Shown: positions 25,717 to 37,212 of the stretch, piece by piece
How the letters are laid out: every line of letters starts with the position of its first letter
Numbering within the stretch: position 1 is the stretch's first letter
Assembly (NCBI GenBank): GCA_964016885.1
Contig: OZ024743.1
Span: forward strand, 151,342,001-151,406,000
Reading direction: 5' to 3'
DNA from: Eledone cirrhosa
Taxonomy: Eukaryota
Length of the DNA stretch: 64,000 bases
Position numbers and translations under genes: made by a program
The notes under the pieces: model-generated
The model's input: only the letters and a program-made list of their open reading frames with translations
Told to the model about the DNA's origin: nothing
Database searches by the model: none

Positions 25717-27929
25717 TATCCATATAAAATAATCATTCACAACCAACTTTAAATAACTTTCACTGGTAAATTTGGTGGTTTAAAATATCCTTCTTGTCAC
25801 ATGCCTTGATAGAAACCTGGTCTAAATGTTGTATGTCTGTATCTAGTATATGGCCTTATTATTCTGAAATTAAATTATATTGTGTGGTGGACTGGCAGAC
25901 TCATTAGTGCATTGGACTTAATGCTTGTAGTATTTAATTACTAATTACATCTTTTTTGTTCTGATTTCAAATTTTGCTGAGATAAAATTTGTCTTTCATC
26001 CTTCTGGGATCAATAAAAAGAAAAGTATCAATCAGTTTAACATAATAGATGTGAACAGAATTTAAGAGAATACTGAACACACTGTGATGAACTTTATCTT
26101 TTATACTGCTAAGATTCATAAAATAGAAATATACTGGAGGGGTCAATTAATATTTCTTTTCCTTTCTTATTAGAAAAGAGTCAGTAAATTAAGATATTCT
26201 GGTTTTATATTCCATCAAATGACAAATATGCTTTGAAACACTACAACAATGTGGAAAGATCTTTAAATAGAAATGGCAGAAAGATATTCAGAGTCCAAAG
26301 GGCTAATGGGTTAATGTCATGAATTTAAACAATACTACACTATTACATGTTCTTCACTAACATGTATTATTTGCTTTAGTAGAACTCCTCGCTTAGAAGG
26401 AAAATTGGTATAAATGCAATAATCATTTATAATAAGGGAACATATCTAACTGTAAAATACTTCTTTCAAGTGCATTTCCAAATATAAAACATGACCGTAG
26501 AGAAAATATAAATTGAAAATATAAATTAAAAACAACGTGAAGGTTTGCAGATTATCGATAAGAATTTCTTTTATATTTGTTTTATTTTTAATAATACAAG
26601 ATCTTAAATTGTACTACCAGTGCATAATAGAAGATTTTAAAATGTACTATCTACGGGGATCACACAAAAAGTACAATTGAAGCAAAATCTTAGTTTATTA
26701 AGTATAGTTACTTCAGTGCCTTATGCCAGAGGTTTGTAACAAAAAATAATAAAATAGTAAATTCTCATATCTTAATATGGTTGATAACTTACAAGCAGAA
26801 ATAGAAAATAAAATGTTTATCTGGCTTATATACAAGAGAAGTAAGCAATATAAATTGTTAATTTTATATGTAACCTTCTTTGCACATCACTGATTTAATT
26901 GCCTTGGAAAAATATGATATTCTTTTATCTATAAATGAGGGTATCTTATTAACAACATAAATTCTCAACTTGTCACTTATCATCTTCAAATTTTATGTAC
27001 ATGTTTATTTGTATAAAAACGAGAAAGAAACAAATTAGCTATCTTTTTACATGTGTGCAAAACTAGATAAAAACAGAAAGTTGCCACAGATGTGAGATAA
27101 GTCTTTTCTGGAAATACTACTTACAATGGCTGAACTTTTCAAAAAGAGAAAAGACACTCTCATCAGTTATGTATGCACATCATGTAATGATAATACTATA
27201 AACTGATATCAGTAGCTATAAATTTAGAAACACTTTATCATTTGTTTGACATGTGTTTTCAGTGCTTATATCCTTTTAAGAAGGAGATTAGTTAAAAGTA
27301 GGGATTTTTCATGGTTGGATAGTTTCACCTCTGAATATTTTAGATGTGTAGACATGAAATGTAGGGCTTTTGTAAGATTTATTTCCACTTATGATAGTTA
27401 CATATAATCTTACAAAATTAAATAATAGATATTGAAGAATTTCCCTTATGGGGTGGCAGGCACATGCTTTGACACTGTTTTCTAAAGTGATTACTGCAAT
27501 CTGGATTAAGCTTTTAAACTTGGACTTAGTTAACTGATTTAGCTCCATAAAGCAGCTAAATATTTGGATACCATTAACAATGTTTTTTTAAAAAAGAAAT
27601 GTTTCCCCTAGCTGAATTATATTTCTCTGAATTTCTACTAAAACAAAATTTAATTGCTATTAGTGACAATCAACAGGTAATTTTAAATTGAATATTTTAC
27701 TGCCAGAAAAATGTATGTCAGTAATGTAAATATTATATGCCAAAGTGAAATATATTTATGTTATTTAATTGTTTAAGGTAAACAATATAAACACAATATA
27801 TAAAATATATGATATACAATTATATATTACACACATACTTACACTCGTCATTAAACAAATCTTACTTGTAAAGCTCAACTATTCAGTATGTAAAACACAT
27901 TACAACATGCAATTATATATTTAATATAT

Positions 27930-28270
27930 GGAGACACATGGCTTAGCGGTTAGAGCATTGGCCTTGCAATCGAAAGGTTGTGAGTTCAATTCTCAGACCG
28001 GGTGATGTGTTGTTTCCTTGAGCAAGACACTTTATTTCACATTGCTTCATTTTACTCAGCTGTAGAAATGAGGTGATAGGGACTGAATATCATTCCACTG
28101 CAAAGTGGTCGTGTAGGCGCCACGGAAAAAAAGCACCCAGCACTCACTGTAAATGAGGTTGGTGTTAGGAAGGGCATCCAGCTGTAGAAATCAAACCAGA
28201 ATCAATTCCCGTCCCACCCTTGCAAGCAGGGAAAAGCGAACGTAAAAATGATGATGATGATGATGATGAT
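27930..28270 (+). mobile_element. Full-length tRNA-derived SINE with RTE-derived 3' tail
   Basis: A-box tggcttagcgg, B-box gagttcaattc, central ccttgagcaagacactttatttcac; tail shared with the RTE 3' UTR; ends in (GAT)n. Confidence 0.9.
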
Positions 28271-28597
28271 ATGCATAATGTACACACATACATGCACACA
28301 AAGCATAGCTGAATATACATCTCTATGTGCATACCTATACACACACACATATATATTGGTGATAATACAGTAGCATAGTGCATAATACATTTAAATGAAC
28401 CAAGTAGGGAACCTCTACATAGTTGTATGACCAGCTAAAGATTGCAGCCAAATTTCCCCTAGCTCTAATAAGCAAATTCTGTCCTACAAACCTCTTACAG
28501 ATACTATGACCATGGCTACCTGAGGCCGAACAGCAACAACTTGAGCATTAATCACTTGAAGTGAACTAAATTCCCATCTAGCTCTCTCACTTAACAT

Positions 28598-28722
28598 TTG
28601 ATAATTGTTTCTACTTTAGGCACAAGGCCAGCAATTACCCAGTGCATTACTGGTACTTTATTTTATCGACCCCGTAAGGATGAAAGGCAAAGTCAACCTC
28701 GGCGAGATTTGAACTCAGAAAC
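28598..28722 (-). mobile_element. CORE-type SINE fragment
   Basis: rc reads tctgagttcaaatctcgccgaggttgactttgcctttcatccttacggggtcgataaaataaagtaccag. Confidence 0.8.
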
Positions 28723-29398
28723 ATTTGATAATGGTTATGAAACAGGACCAAATATGTTGAAAACACACCGGGTCAAGTCTGATAAAGCAGCTCTATGATC
28801 AAAAGCATTTAGTCATGAACCCCATATTTTTTCCAAGGTATAGTGTATCTAGGACTCGTACTTTATAACATTTTTTAGAGTTGTATTCATTTAACATGTG
28901 ACTTGAAACTGAAGCAAATACATTGTGAAAGAGCCATTTCAGCAATTTCAAAATATATATTTATTTAGTGAGGTGTCAAAAATTTTGTTGCACTTCTTTA
29001 ACACAACACGGAATAAAAGAAAAATGAACATAACAGCTTTTTTGTTATATACATTTAGCTATTTCAAAGCACAGTTGTCTGTGTATGTCTACAATTTAAA
29101 CAGACACTACAATACAAACTCCCACAAAACCATATATGTTATTATTCAATATTTGACAAAGAAGGTATATATAATATATATTTTGATATATAAAGCAGTG
29201 ATCTCTTTGATTTCAATTTTTATTTTTTTTATTTTTGTATCCTCACTAACAATAGCTAAACATTTTGTATTCTAATTATCAGTTTCTCTATTCTCTTGTC
29301 ATTTCCAGTTGAAAGATTTTATCTAAAGTCATACAATAACAAGGAAGCCATTATGCTTGCAAGTTCCATTTTTGAAATGGTTTCTATGGGTGGATGCC

Positions 29399-29435
<37 letters not shown>

Positions 29436-29437
29436 TA

Positions 29438-29755
29438 TCATCATCATTTCATTTCATTTTACATCCGCTTTTTCCCTGCTTGCAAGGGTGGGACGGGAAC
29501 TGATTCTGGCTTGATTTCTACAGCTGGATGCCCTTCCTAACACCAACCTCATTTACAGTGAGTGCTGGGTGCTTTTTTGCCGTGGAATGATATGGACCCC
29601 AGTCCCTATCATCTCATTTCTACAGCTGAGTAAACTGGAACAATGTGAAATAAAGTGTCTTGCTCAAGGAAACAACACATCACCCGGTCTGAGAATTGAA
29701 CTCACAACCTTTTGATTGCAAGGCCAATGCTCTAACCACTAAGCCATGTGCCTCC
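29438..29755 (-). mobile_element. tRNA-derived SINE, same family as 27930-28270
   Basis: Near-identical reverse complement of 27930-28270, including A/B boxes and tail, with one short internal deletion. Confidence 0.9.
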
Positions 29756-29768
29756 ATATATATATATA

Positions 29769-30302
29769 TTCACAGAAAAAAAAAAAAAAAGATTTTGTAA
29801 TGAAAAAATATTTTTTTCTTTGATACTGAGGCTCCCATATGTTTATTGTATATAAACATATAGCATATGCTTTCATATACATACCTATTACACTTAACAT
29901 TGTCTTAGTGCTACTGCCAATTAATTAGAACCAGCCAAGTTCACACTATATGCATTTCTTGTGAATGTGTTCTATTTGCTATATGTAAATGATCATCTCC
30001 AGCAAATGTGCATCACAAAACCTTTATAGACTTTAGTCTATTTCCATGTCAGTACTGGTTGAGTGAATATCACTGATGAGAGATTAAGGAATCTTGAAAC
30101 AGTACTCTTTGGTATTTTCAACAGCTGATGACATTTTGTGACATGTTCACAAAACAAAGAGAAAAATATTATTTTTGTAATGAAAAAATATTTTTCCTTC
30201 GATAGTGAGGTTCCAATATGTTTATTGTATATAAACACATAGTATATGCTTTCATATATACCTCTATTCTGTTTAACATTGTCTTAGTGCTACTGCTAAT
30301 TA
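29769..30302. repeat. Local direct duplication of ~150 bp (29769-29922 and 30146-30302)
   Basis: ttttgtaatgaaaaaatatttt...ttaacattgtcttagtgctactgc.aatta occurs twice. Confidence 0.85.
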
Positions 30303-30627
30303 TCATCATCATCTTCGTTTAACGTCCATTTTCCACGCTAGCATGGGTTAGACGGGAGTTGTCCCACTTGAGGCAAGGCTGGTCGGGTGACCGTGGCTCG
30401 CTCATATAGGACTATCTGGCAGCCCTTCCTAACACCAACCACATTTACAGTGTGGAACTGGGAACTTTTTACAGTGTTACCTACACGGCCACATTACAGC
30501 GTGGACTGTGTATGTTTTTTGTCATGACACCTACACGATCTCGATCTTATTTTCTCGTGCTGTTGGTGGGAGTGGGAGGATAGGGTAGGGGTAGTGGATT
30601 GGGGTGTATATTTGGTTAAGAGGTGCC
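30302..30627 (-). mobile_element. RTE subfamily A, 3'-UTR-only insertion
   Basis: Nearly identical to 56539-56890. Confidence 0.9.
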
Positions 30628-30826
30628 TAATATATATATACATACACACATATGAAGGCAATTTGCACACAGACAAATGAACAAAACCATCTATTTTCCT
30701 CATCAGCTACTTCTTGGAAATGAGAGAGAGAGAGGGGGGGGTGAGTGGGGGGGTGAGTGAGCGGGTGGGTGAGCGGGTGGGTGAGTGAGCGAGCGAGAGG
30801 GTGGGTGGGTGGGCAGGCGTGCGTGC

Positions 30827-31073
30827 ATGTCTTGAACAACGAAAATAAAACAAAAGCTGAGGAGATGTGCTTAATTAATTTATTGTTTTACGATTGTTTC
30901 TGAGGAAAATGGTGAGATGGTTCTAAAATATCGAGATTAGTTAATGCGTTGGCATAACAACTATCAATTAGTCAATATATCATGATCAATCAACCTTCTG
31001 AAATGACCATAAAACTATGAACTAATTAAGCACCTATCTTCACCTTTTATCTTACTTTCATTGTTCAAAACAT
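30827..31073. repeat. Imperfect foldback element
   Basis: atgtcttgaacaacgaaaataaaacaaaagctgaggagatgtgcttaatta versus rc of the right arm atgttttgaacaatgaaagtaagataaaaggtgaagataggtgcttaatta. Confidence 0.8.
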
Positions 31074-31312
31074 ACATATATGACTTTGTAGCTCATTTAG
31101 AATTTAGGAGAGATGGTCACCATTTTAGAAGGCTGCGTTGTTTTACGATTTAGAGGGGAGTTCGTTTCCCTAGCTTGGCTGCTAGTACATCTCTTCTATT
31201 TGTTGTTAGGTGTAGGTAAACAATTAAGCAAAAAGAACATACCCCGAGATTATATGTACATGAGCATTTTAATCAGAGCAATAAACAAAACAGGTTATCA
31301 TATCAGTTGCTC

Positions 31313-31612
31313 CTTGATTGGTAATTCGTAATTATCATTAAGTGGCGGTGTTCAAATATCCCGTGACCACATGGTGCAATATCGCTCTTTCGCCACAGTG
31401 AAACGCGTCTGGTCGCCTCAAGAGACAAAGTCGAAGAGTGTGTATTCAGCAACTGACGTCAGAACTAAGGGCAGTTAATCAACTACCTCCAAAGTCAAAG
31501 CTAGGTGGCGTGATCTTCTACAAGAATCTATGGGGGAATTTTATATGATGAAAGCCCTACTACAAAAACAATAACTTTCACCTCATGATCTTGTTCGAAT
31601 TACCTCTTCAAG
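31313..31612. repeat. Degenerate foldback element with a CpG-rich structured core
   Basis: cttgattggtaattcgtaattatcattaagtg versus rc cttgaagaggtaattcgaacaagatcatgaggtg; core contains gaaacgcgtc. Confidence 0.55.
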
Positions 31613-31966
31613 ACTACATGTAGTTCTAAAAGCATTTTATTGGCTCTACCACAAACAGGCAGATACTAGTATATGCTTGTATGTGTGTGTGTGGATATAT
31701 ATATATATATAACCTATAGGTGTTTATATGAATAAAATATGTGTAGTCAATACATATACAAGGATGAAATATGTATAAAATGATATAATCTGATATTGAT
31801 AATACATCATAATTTGATGTTTTATATTGAGCTTAGATTAAGCAATAATCAAATTGTAAGCTTGACCAATTTCTGAAATACTGTTTCTGTGACATCTGTT
31901 GATTGTTTGGCTTAAGTATGAATGCTACATACTATCACTAACAGAGTGTAAAATGTTTAATATACA

Positions 31967-32971
31967 TCTATAGAAATAGTAGACACTTTCCGTTACCTGG
32001 GTGACAAAATCAGCAGTGGTGGAGGGTGTTCTGAAAGTACAGTAGCCAGAGTCAGAACGGAATGGAAAAAGTTCAGAGAGCTTATACCGCTGTTGGCCAC
32101 AAAAGGTTTCTCTCTAAAAATGAAAGGCAGATTGTATGATGCTTGTATACGAACAGCAATGCTACATGGCAGTGAGACATGGGCATTGCGTGTAGAGGAC
32201 CTGCATAGACTGGAAAGGAACGAAGCATGCATGCTCCGTTGGATGTGTAATAGTAATATACGTGAACGGCAAAGCATAAATGAACTAAGTGAGAAATTAG
32301 GAATAAGAGGGATCAGATGATGTTTACTCGAGAGAAGACTACGTTGGTATGGCCATGTGATGCGCATGAAAGATGACAGCTGTATAAAAAAGTGCAGGGC
32401 GATCAAAATTGATGGTAGTTACGGAGTAGGTAGACCCAGAAAAACCTGGGACGATGTGATAAATTCCGACCTTACACACTTGCACCTCTCTAAGACAATG
32501 TCACTGGACCGAGATCTTTGGCGCTACGCAGTAATACAGAAGACCCGCCTTGCCTATGTACAAAGCGAAACCTACAGTCAGTAGGCACCTCTTAACCAAA
32601 TATACACCCTAATCAACTACCCTCCCACTCCCACCAACACCACCCTCTCTATAAAGTTGGTACCACAACATCCAGTCCAAATAAATGAGATAAATGAGAT
32701 CGAGATCGTGTAGGTGTCACGAGAAAAAAACACACAGTCCACGCTGTAATGTGGCCGTGTAGGTAACACGGTAAAAAGTTCCCAGTTCCACACTGTAAAT
32801 GTGGTTGGTGTTAGGAAGGACATCCAGCCACAGAAAACCTGCCAGATAGTCCTATATGAGCGAGACATGGTCACCCGACCAACCTTGCCTCAAGTGGGAC
32901 AACTCCCGTCTAATGCATGCTAGCGTGGAAAATGGACGTTAAACGAAGATGATGATGATGATGATGATGAT
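31967..32971 (+). mobile_element. 5'-truncated RTE LINE, subfamily A
   Basis: Encodes FRYLGDKISSGGGCSES...LHGSETWAL...QKTRLAYVQSETYSQ*, then 3' UTR and (GAT)n. Confidence 0.95.
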
Positions 32972-32987
32972 ATATATATATATATAT

Positions 32988-33638
32988 ATCATCATCATCA
33001 TCATCAACGTTTAACGTCCGTGTTCCACGCTTACATGGGTTTGGACGGGGGTAGTCCCACTTGAGGCAAGAGTGATTTGTCTTGCTCGCATAGGACTGTC
33101 TGGCAGGTTTTCTACAGTTGGATGCCCTTCCTAACACCAACCACATTTACAGTGTGGGTCTGGGAGGTTTTTACCGTGTTGCCTACACGGCCACATTACA
33201 GCGTGGACTGTGTGTTTTTTTGTCGTGACACCTACACGATCTCATTTGTTTCGGCCTCGATGGCGCGGCACCAACATAACTTTACATAGAACGGGGTGGT
33301 GTGGATGGGGTGGGGGTGGGGGTGGTGGGACGGGGTGTATTTTGTTAGAGATGCCTACTGGCTGGAGTAGGTTTTACTATATATTTAGGTAAGGCGGGTC
33401 TTCTCTGTTACTGAGTACCGCCAAAGGTCTCGGTCCAGTGACATTGTCTTGGAGAGGTGTAAGTGTGTGATGTCGGAGTTTATCAGCTCGTCCCAGGTTT
33501 TTCTAGGTCTGCCTATTCCGTGACTACCGTCTATCTTTATTGCCCTGCACTTTGTTATACAGCTATCGACTTTCATGCGCATCACGTGTCCATACCAACG
33601 TAGCCTTCTCTCGAGTAAACAACATCTGATCCCTCTTA
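32988..33638 (-). mobile_element. 5'-truncated RTE LINE, subfamily B
   Basis: ORF end ...RKTWDELINSD...EKTRLT*; 3' UTR matches 60554-61060. Confidence 0.95.
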
Positions 33639-33679
33639 TATATATATATATATATACATAAAACTGAAACTAGTCATAC

Positions 33680-34542
33680 AAACAGGGTACGGCACGGCCA
33701 AATGGCCAGACCCTTCTCATAATGGGACCATCCAGTTCCACATTGTAAACATGTTTGGTGTTTAGGAAGGACATCGAACAGCCCAAATGTGGTCCAGTAT
33801 GAGCTAGGTACGGTGTAGCCAACTGGCCTGACTAGCCAAAGTGGGACCACCCAGTCCCACACAGTAAATGTGGTTGGTGTTATGAAGGGCTGTAGATGTG
33901 GTTGCTGATAAGAAGTACAACTAGCAGCCATAAGAACTCAGCAAAAGCACGGTCTCATATGAGCAAGGTACAGATTGGCCAATTAACAAGACATGCTTCA
34001 TAAGGGCAACCACCTACTCCCACACTGTAAATGTAGTTGGTGTTTAAGAAAGGCACCCAACAACCATAAAAATCCTCATCCGAAACACAGACCCTGCTAT
34101 GAGGAATGTTCAACAGGGCCAACTGCCCAGACCTACCTCATTATAGGTCAACCTCAGTTCCCAAGTATGGGTCCACATATGAGCAGGGTACAGTGCGGCC
34201 AAACCCCTCTCATAATGGGACCACCGAGTCCCACACTGGCAACATGGTTGGTGTTAGGAATGGCATCCAGCTGTAAAAAAAACTGGCCAGAATGCAGTCC
34301 CGTTTGAGCAAAGTATGGCGCAGCCAAATGGCCAGACCCTCCTCATAATAGGACCACCCAGTTCCAAAAGTAAAAGTGGTTGGTGTTAGAAAGGACATCC
34401 TGTTTTAGAAAAAAATGGCCAAAATACAGTCCCATTTGAGCAAAGTACAGCACGGTTAAATGGCCAAACTTACCTCATAACGTGGACAACCCGTCTGACC
34501 CATGCAAAGATGGAAAATAAGACATTAAACAGTGATGATGAT
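33680..34542 (+). repeat. Tandem array of about 6 diverged RTE 3'-UTR modules ending in an RTE tail
   Basis: Unit gagcaa.gta...aaatggccagacc.cctcataatgggacca.ccagt.ccacactgtaaatgtggttggtgttagga repeats; terminal ccatgcaaagatggaaaataagacattaaacagtgatgatg. Confidence 0.8.
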
Positions 34543-34605
34543 ATATATATATAAGAAGGAATTTGTAGTTTACTTGAAGCACTGTATATGGTATAAAGAA
34601 TTTAA

Positions 34606-34926
34606 AGTTTGAAAGCCATGACAATGCCGGTTGGAGAGGAAATAATTAAATCGTAAGAAACAGGGCTTGTTTTTTTACCTTAATTTATTAATATGCCCTC
34701 ATATTTCGAGATTAATATCTCTTCTTCCGAGGAAAATAATGCTGGCCGGCATGGTATAGCAAGCCACATCGGACACTAGAATAGTTCCTTCATTTTCCTT
34801 GGAATAAGAGGTATTAATCTCAAAATATCAACACATATGAATAAATTAAGGTAAAAAAAAAATAACCCCTGTTTCTTATGATTTACTTATTTTCCATCCA
34901 ACCAGCATTGTCATGGCTTTCAAACT
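34606..34926. mobile_element. Foldback/MITE-like element with ~130-bp imperfect inverted arms
   Basis: agtttgaaagccatgacaatgccggttgga ... tccaaccagcattgtcatggctttcaaact; pairing continues inward to about 34737/34790. Confidence 0.85.
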
Positions 34927-35125
34927 ATCTCTCTCTCTTTCTCGTGTGCGTGTGTGCGTGCGTGTGTGTTTGGAAAGTAATTGCACTTTTTCACGAATGA
35001 CGTCAGAACCAAGGTCAAATGGGCAGGAACTGTTTAAAATAGTTAAGTACATCATCTCTTCTATCCGGCAGTGTATCATTCATAGTTATTTTGGTAATTA
35101 ACCCAATGTAGGATAAGAACTTTAT

Positions 35126-35395
35126 GAAACAACATATTCACCATTGCTTACTGTATGAGTTTTGAATGAACAGTAGTACTACAGAAGCAATGCAGTAAAA
35201 GCTCATACATGTCAGATGTGGTTTAAAAGATTTAAAGATGGCAGTTGTGACATATCCAACAAGCTCACTCCGTAAGATGATCCACTCTGAATGATGACCT
35301 TTTGAATGAGACTATTGTATAGGATCCACATCAAAGCACCAACGATTTGGCGCATAAATTTAATGTGTCATGTACAACTATCCACGAACATTTAT
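35126..35395 (+). pseudogene. mariner transposase N-terminal (HTH) remnant
   Basis: KQHIHHCLLYEF...TCQMWFKRFKDGSCDI...LNDDLLNETIV*DPHQSTNDLAHKFNVSCTTIHEHL, a Mos1/SETMAR-type double HTH. Confidence 0.85.
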
Positions 35396-35444
35396 AATAA
35401 CATATATAAATTGTTGGCTTTTCAGAATAGAAAACTTTAATGGT

Positions 35445-35759
35445 TACCCTCAGGTCTTCAATAATCGCCCCCCCCCCCTGTGTATTAATTTTTCAGATCC
35501 CCTTGCTAATTTATCTCCTGCGAAATTTTATTTGAAGTGGTAGCATTCCTGCGATAACTAATTTTCTTGAGACATATAAAAAACATACATGACAAAAATA
35601 GAAATTACAAGAAATCCCATACATTATAAAATAAATAGGTTGGGTTGGGGTCTCGGTATGTAAACTAAATTTACTAATTTTTTTTTAAAACAAGGGAGAC
35701 AACCTAGGAAAAAAATTAATGATTTTCCACCCTTTCCTATTATTTGGGATGCGAGAGTA
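35445..35759. mobile_element. Tc1/mariner-pogo-type MITE (TA-flanked)
   Basis: Ends taccctcaggtcttcaataat and attatttgggatgcgagagta; body homologous to 46184-46498. Confidence 0.7.
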
Positions 35760-35889
35760 AGTTCACGATAATGCTTATATTTAGGAAGACATATGTCTTA
35801 CTACATATTTTATAAATGCTGACACCAATGAAGACATCCTTTTGGCTTTGTATCAGCACTTAGAAGAAGAAAACTCTAAACAAATAATC

Positions 35890-36210
35890 CATTACCACTT
35901 TTGAAAAGGAGAATAGTGCTATTGACCTGACAAAACATTCCACAAGTTTATGGCAAATATATCATGCCTGTAAGAAAATGTTAAAATAGCTCAGAAAGAT
36001 TGAGAATGATGTCATTAGTTTGGCAGATTCGGTACACTCGAGAAACCTGTAAAAGTTGATATTGTTAACCACACAGAAGATAGTTCAATGACTGTCAAAG
36101 AATTGGCTCAGAAATGTAATTAATTTCTTTCCACCAACTACCAATATTTTCATGGACCTGTGTAAATATCTGAACTAAGAAACTGGAAACCACAAGAATT
36201 GCCAGAAACA
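35890..36210 (+). pseudogene. Second, older mariner transposase remnant
   Basis: Patches YHF*KGxSA, VYG, MTVKELAQK and WKPQELPE (WVPHEL-like motif); heavily frameshifted. Confidence 0.55.
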
Positions 36211-37109
36211 GAGATTTTGTAAACAGGTGCATTACTTTTCTATGTTGTAAAACAAAGTATAGTTTTGAGATGTTTTTTTACAGGAATTTCTTCTGATAAA
36301 TGAGTCTTCTTCTTCCAGAACATAAAAAATATTGATGCAAGCTATCTTTAGAACACCAGCAACATCACAACAAATCTTTACATATAAAATGCAATGTTAT
36401 GATACAATGTGAAATTTTAAGCCCACACAAACAAGTCTTTCAAGATCTATTGGTAACTTTATAATTCAACAGTGTATAAAATGTAAAAAGGATTAACATT
36501 GTTGGAACTGCAAAAATGGATGAACATGATTTTGATAAACATCCACACATTGAAAAAAACCAATTATATTTCTTATATTCAAGAATTTTAAACTGCATAA
36601 GAAACATCTTTATTTTAACTGGGGAAAAATATAAATCATCTAAATTTTACAAATTTGCAACTGTTAGCAGTGAATCAATAATAAAATAGAAAATATGCAA
36701 GATTTAAAGAAAAGTTATTTGATCTTTTGCTTTTTTAAATCCTTAACATAAAAAACATTATATACAGCTATACACACACCTCATAAGTTAGTATAGACGG
36801 ACGTTATGTAAATCTGTAGCTCAAATCCTCTCTAGGTCTTCAAATTTTCTAGGGCTGGTAGATTAAATATAAGAATGAGTATATAAAATAACTAGTCTTT
36901 GATACAGCATTTTCAATGCTAGGCTAACAAAAGACAAAACTATAATATATTGGACTGGTGTGTGTTTTCATCCACTGAATATGCAAAACTGGGAAAATTG
37001 TGTTTTGTGATCCTGCAAAGTGTTGAGAAATAGCTTCTCTCTCTGTCTGTGAGAGAGAGAAAGAGAGAGAGAATTGATGAATAATTTTTTTAACTCGACA
37101 AAGGCAATA

Positions 37110-37212
37110 TTAAGGTTAACTTTGCCTTTCATCCTTACGGGGTCGATAAAATAAAGTACCAGTAATGCACTGGGTAATTGCTGGCCTTGTGCCAAAAGTA
37201 GAAACAATTATT
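37110..37212 (+). mobile_element. CORE-type SINE fragment
   Basis: actttgcctttcatccttacggggtcgataaaataaagtaccagtaatgcactgggtaattgctggccttgtgcc; nearly identical to rc of 28598-28700. Confidence 0.8.

Noticed and set aside
27930-28005. tRNA-like sequence (also 29680-29755 and 55447-55515)
   Set aside because: SINE heads that continue into repeat bodies; no proper acceptor stem or terminator
33680-34542. Repeat-spacer appearance suggestive of a CRISPR array
   Set aside because: Whole units are homologous and LINE-derived; eukaryotic context; no cas genes
34744-34755. GGCCGGCATGGT matches the first 12 nt of the genomic HDV ribozyme
   Set aside because: No downstream P1 partner, L3 or J4/2; chance match
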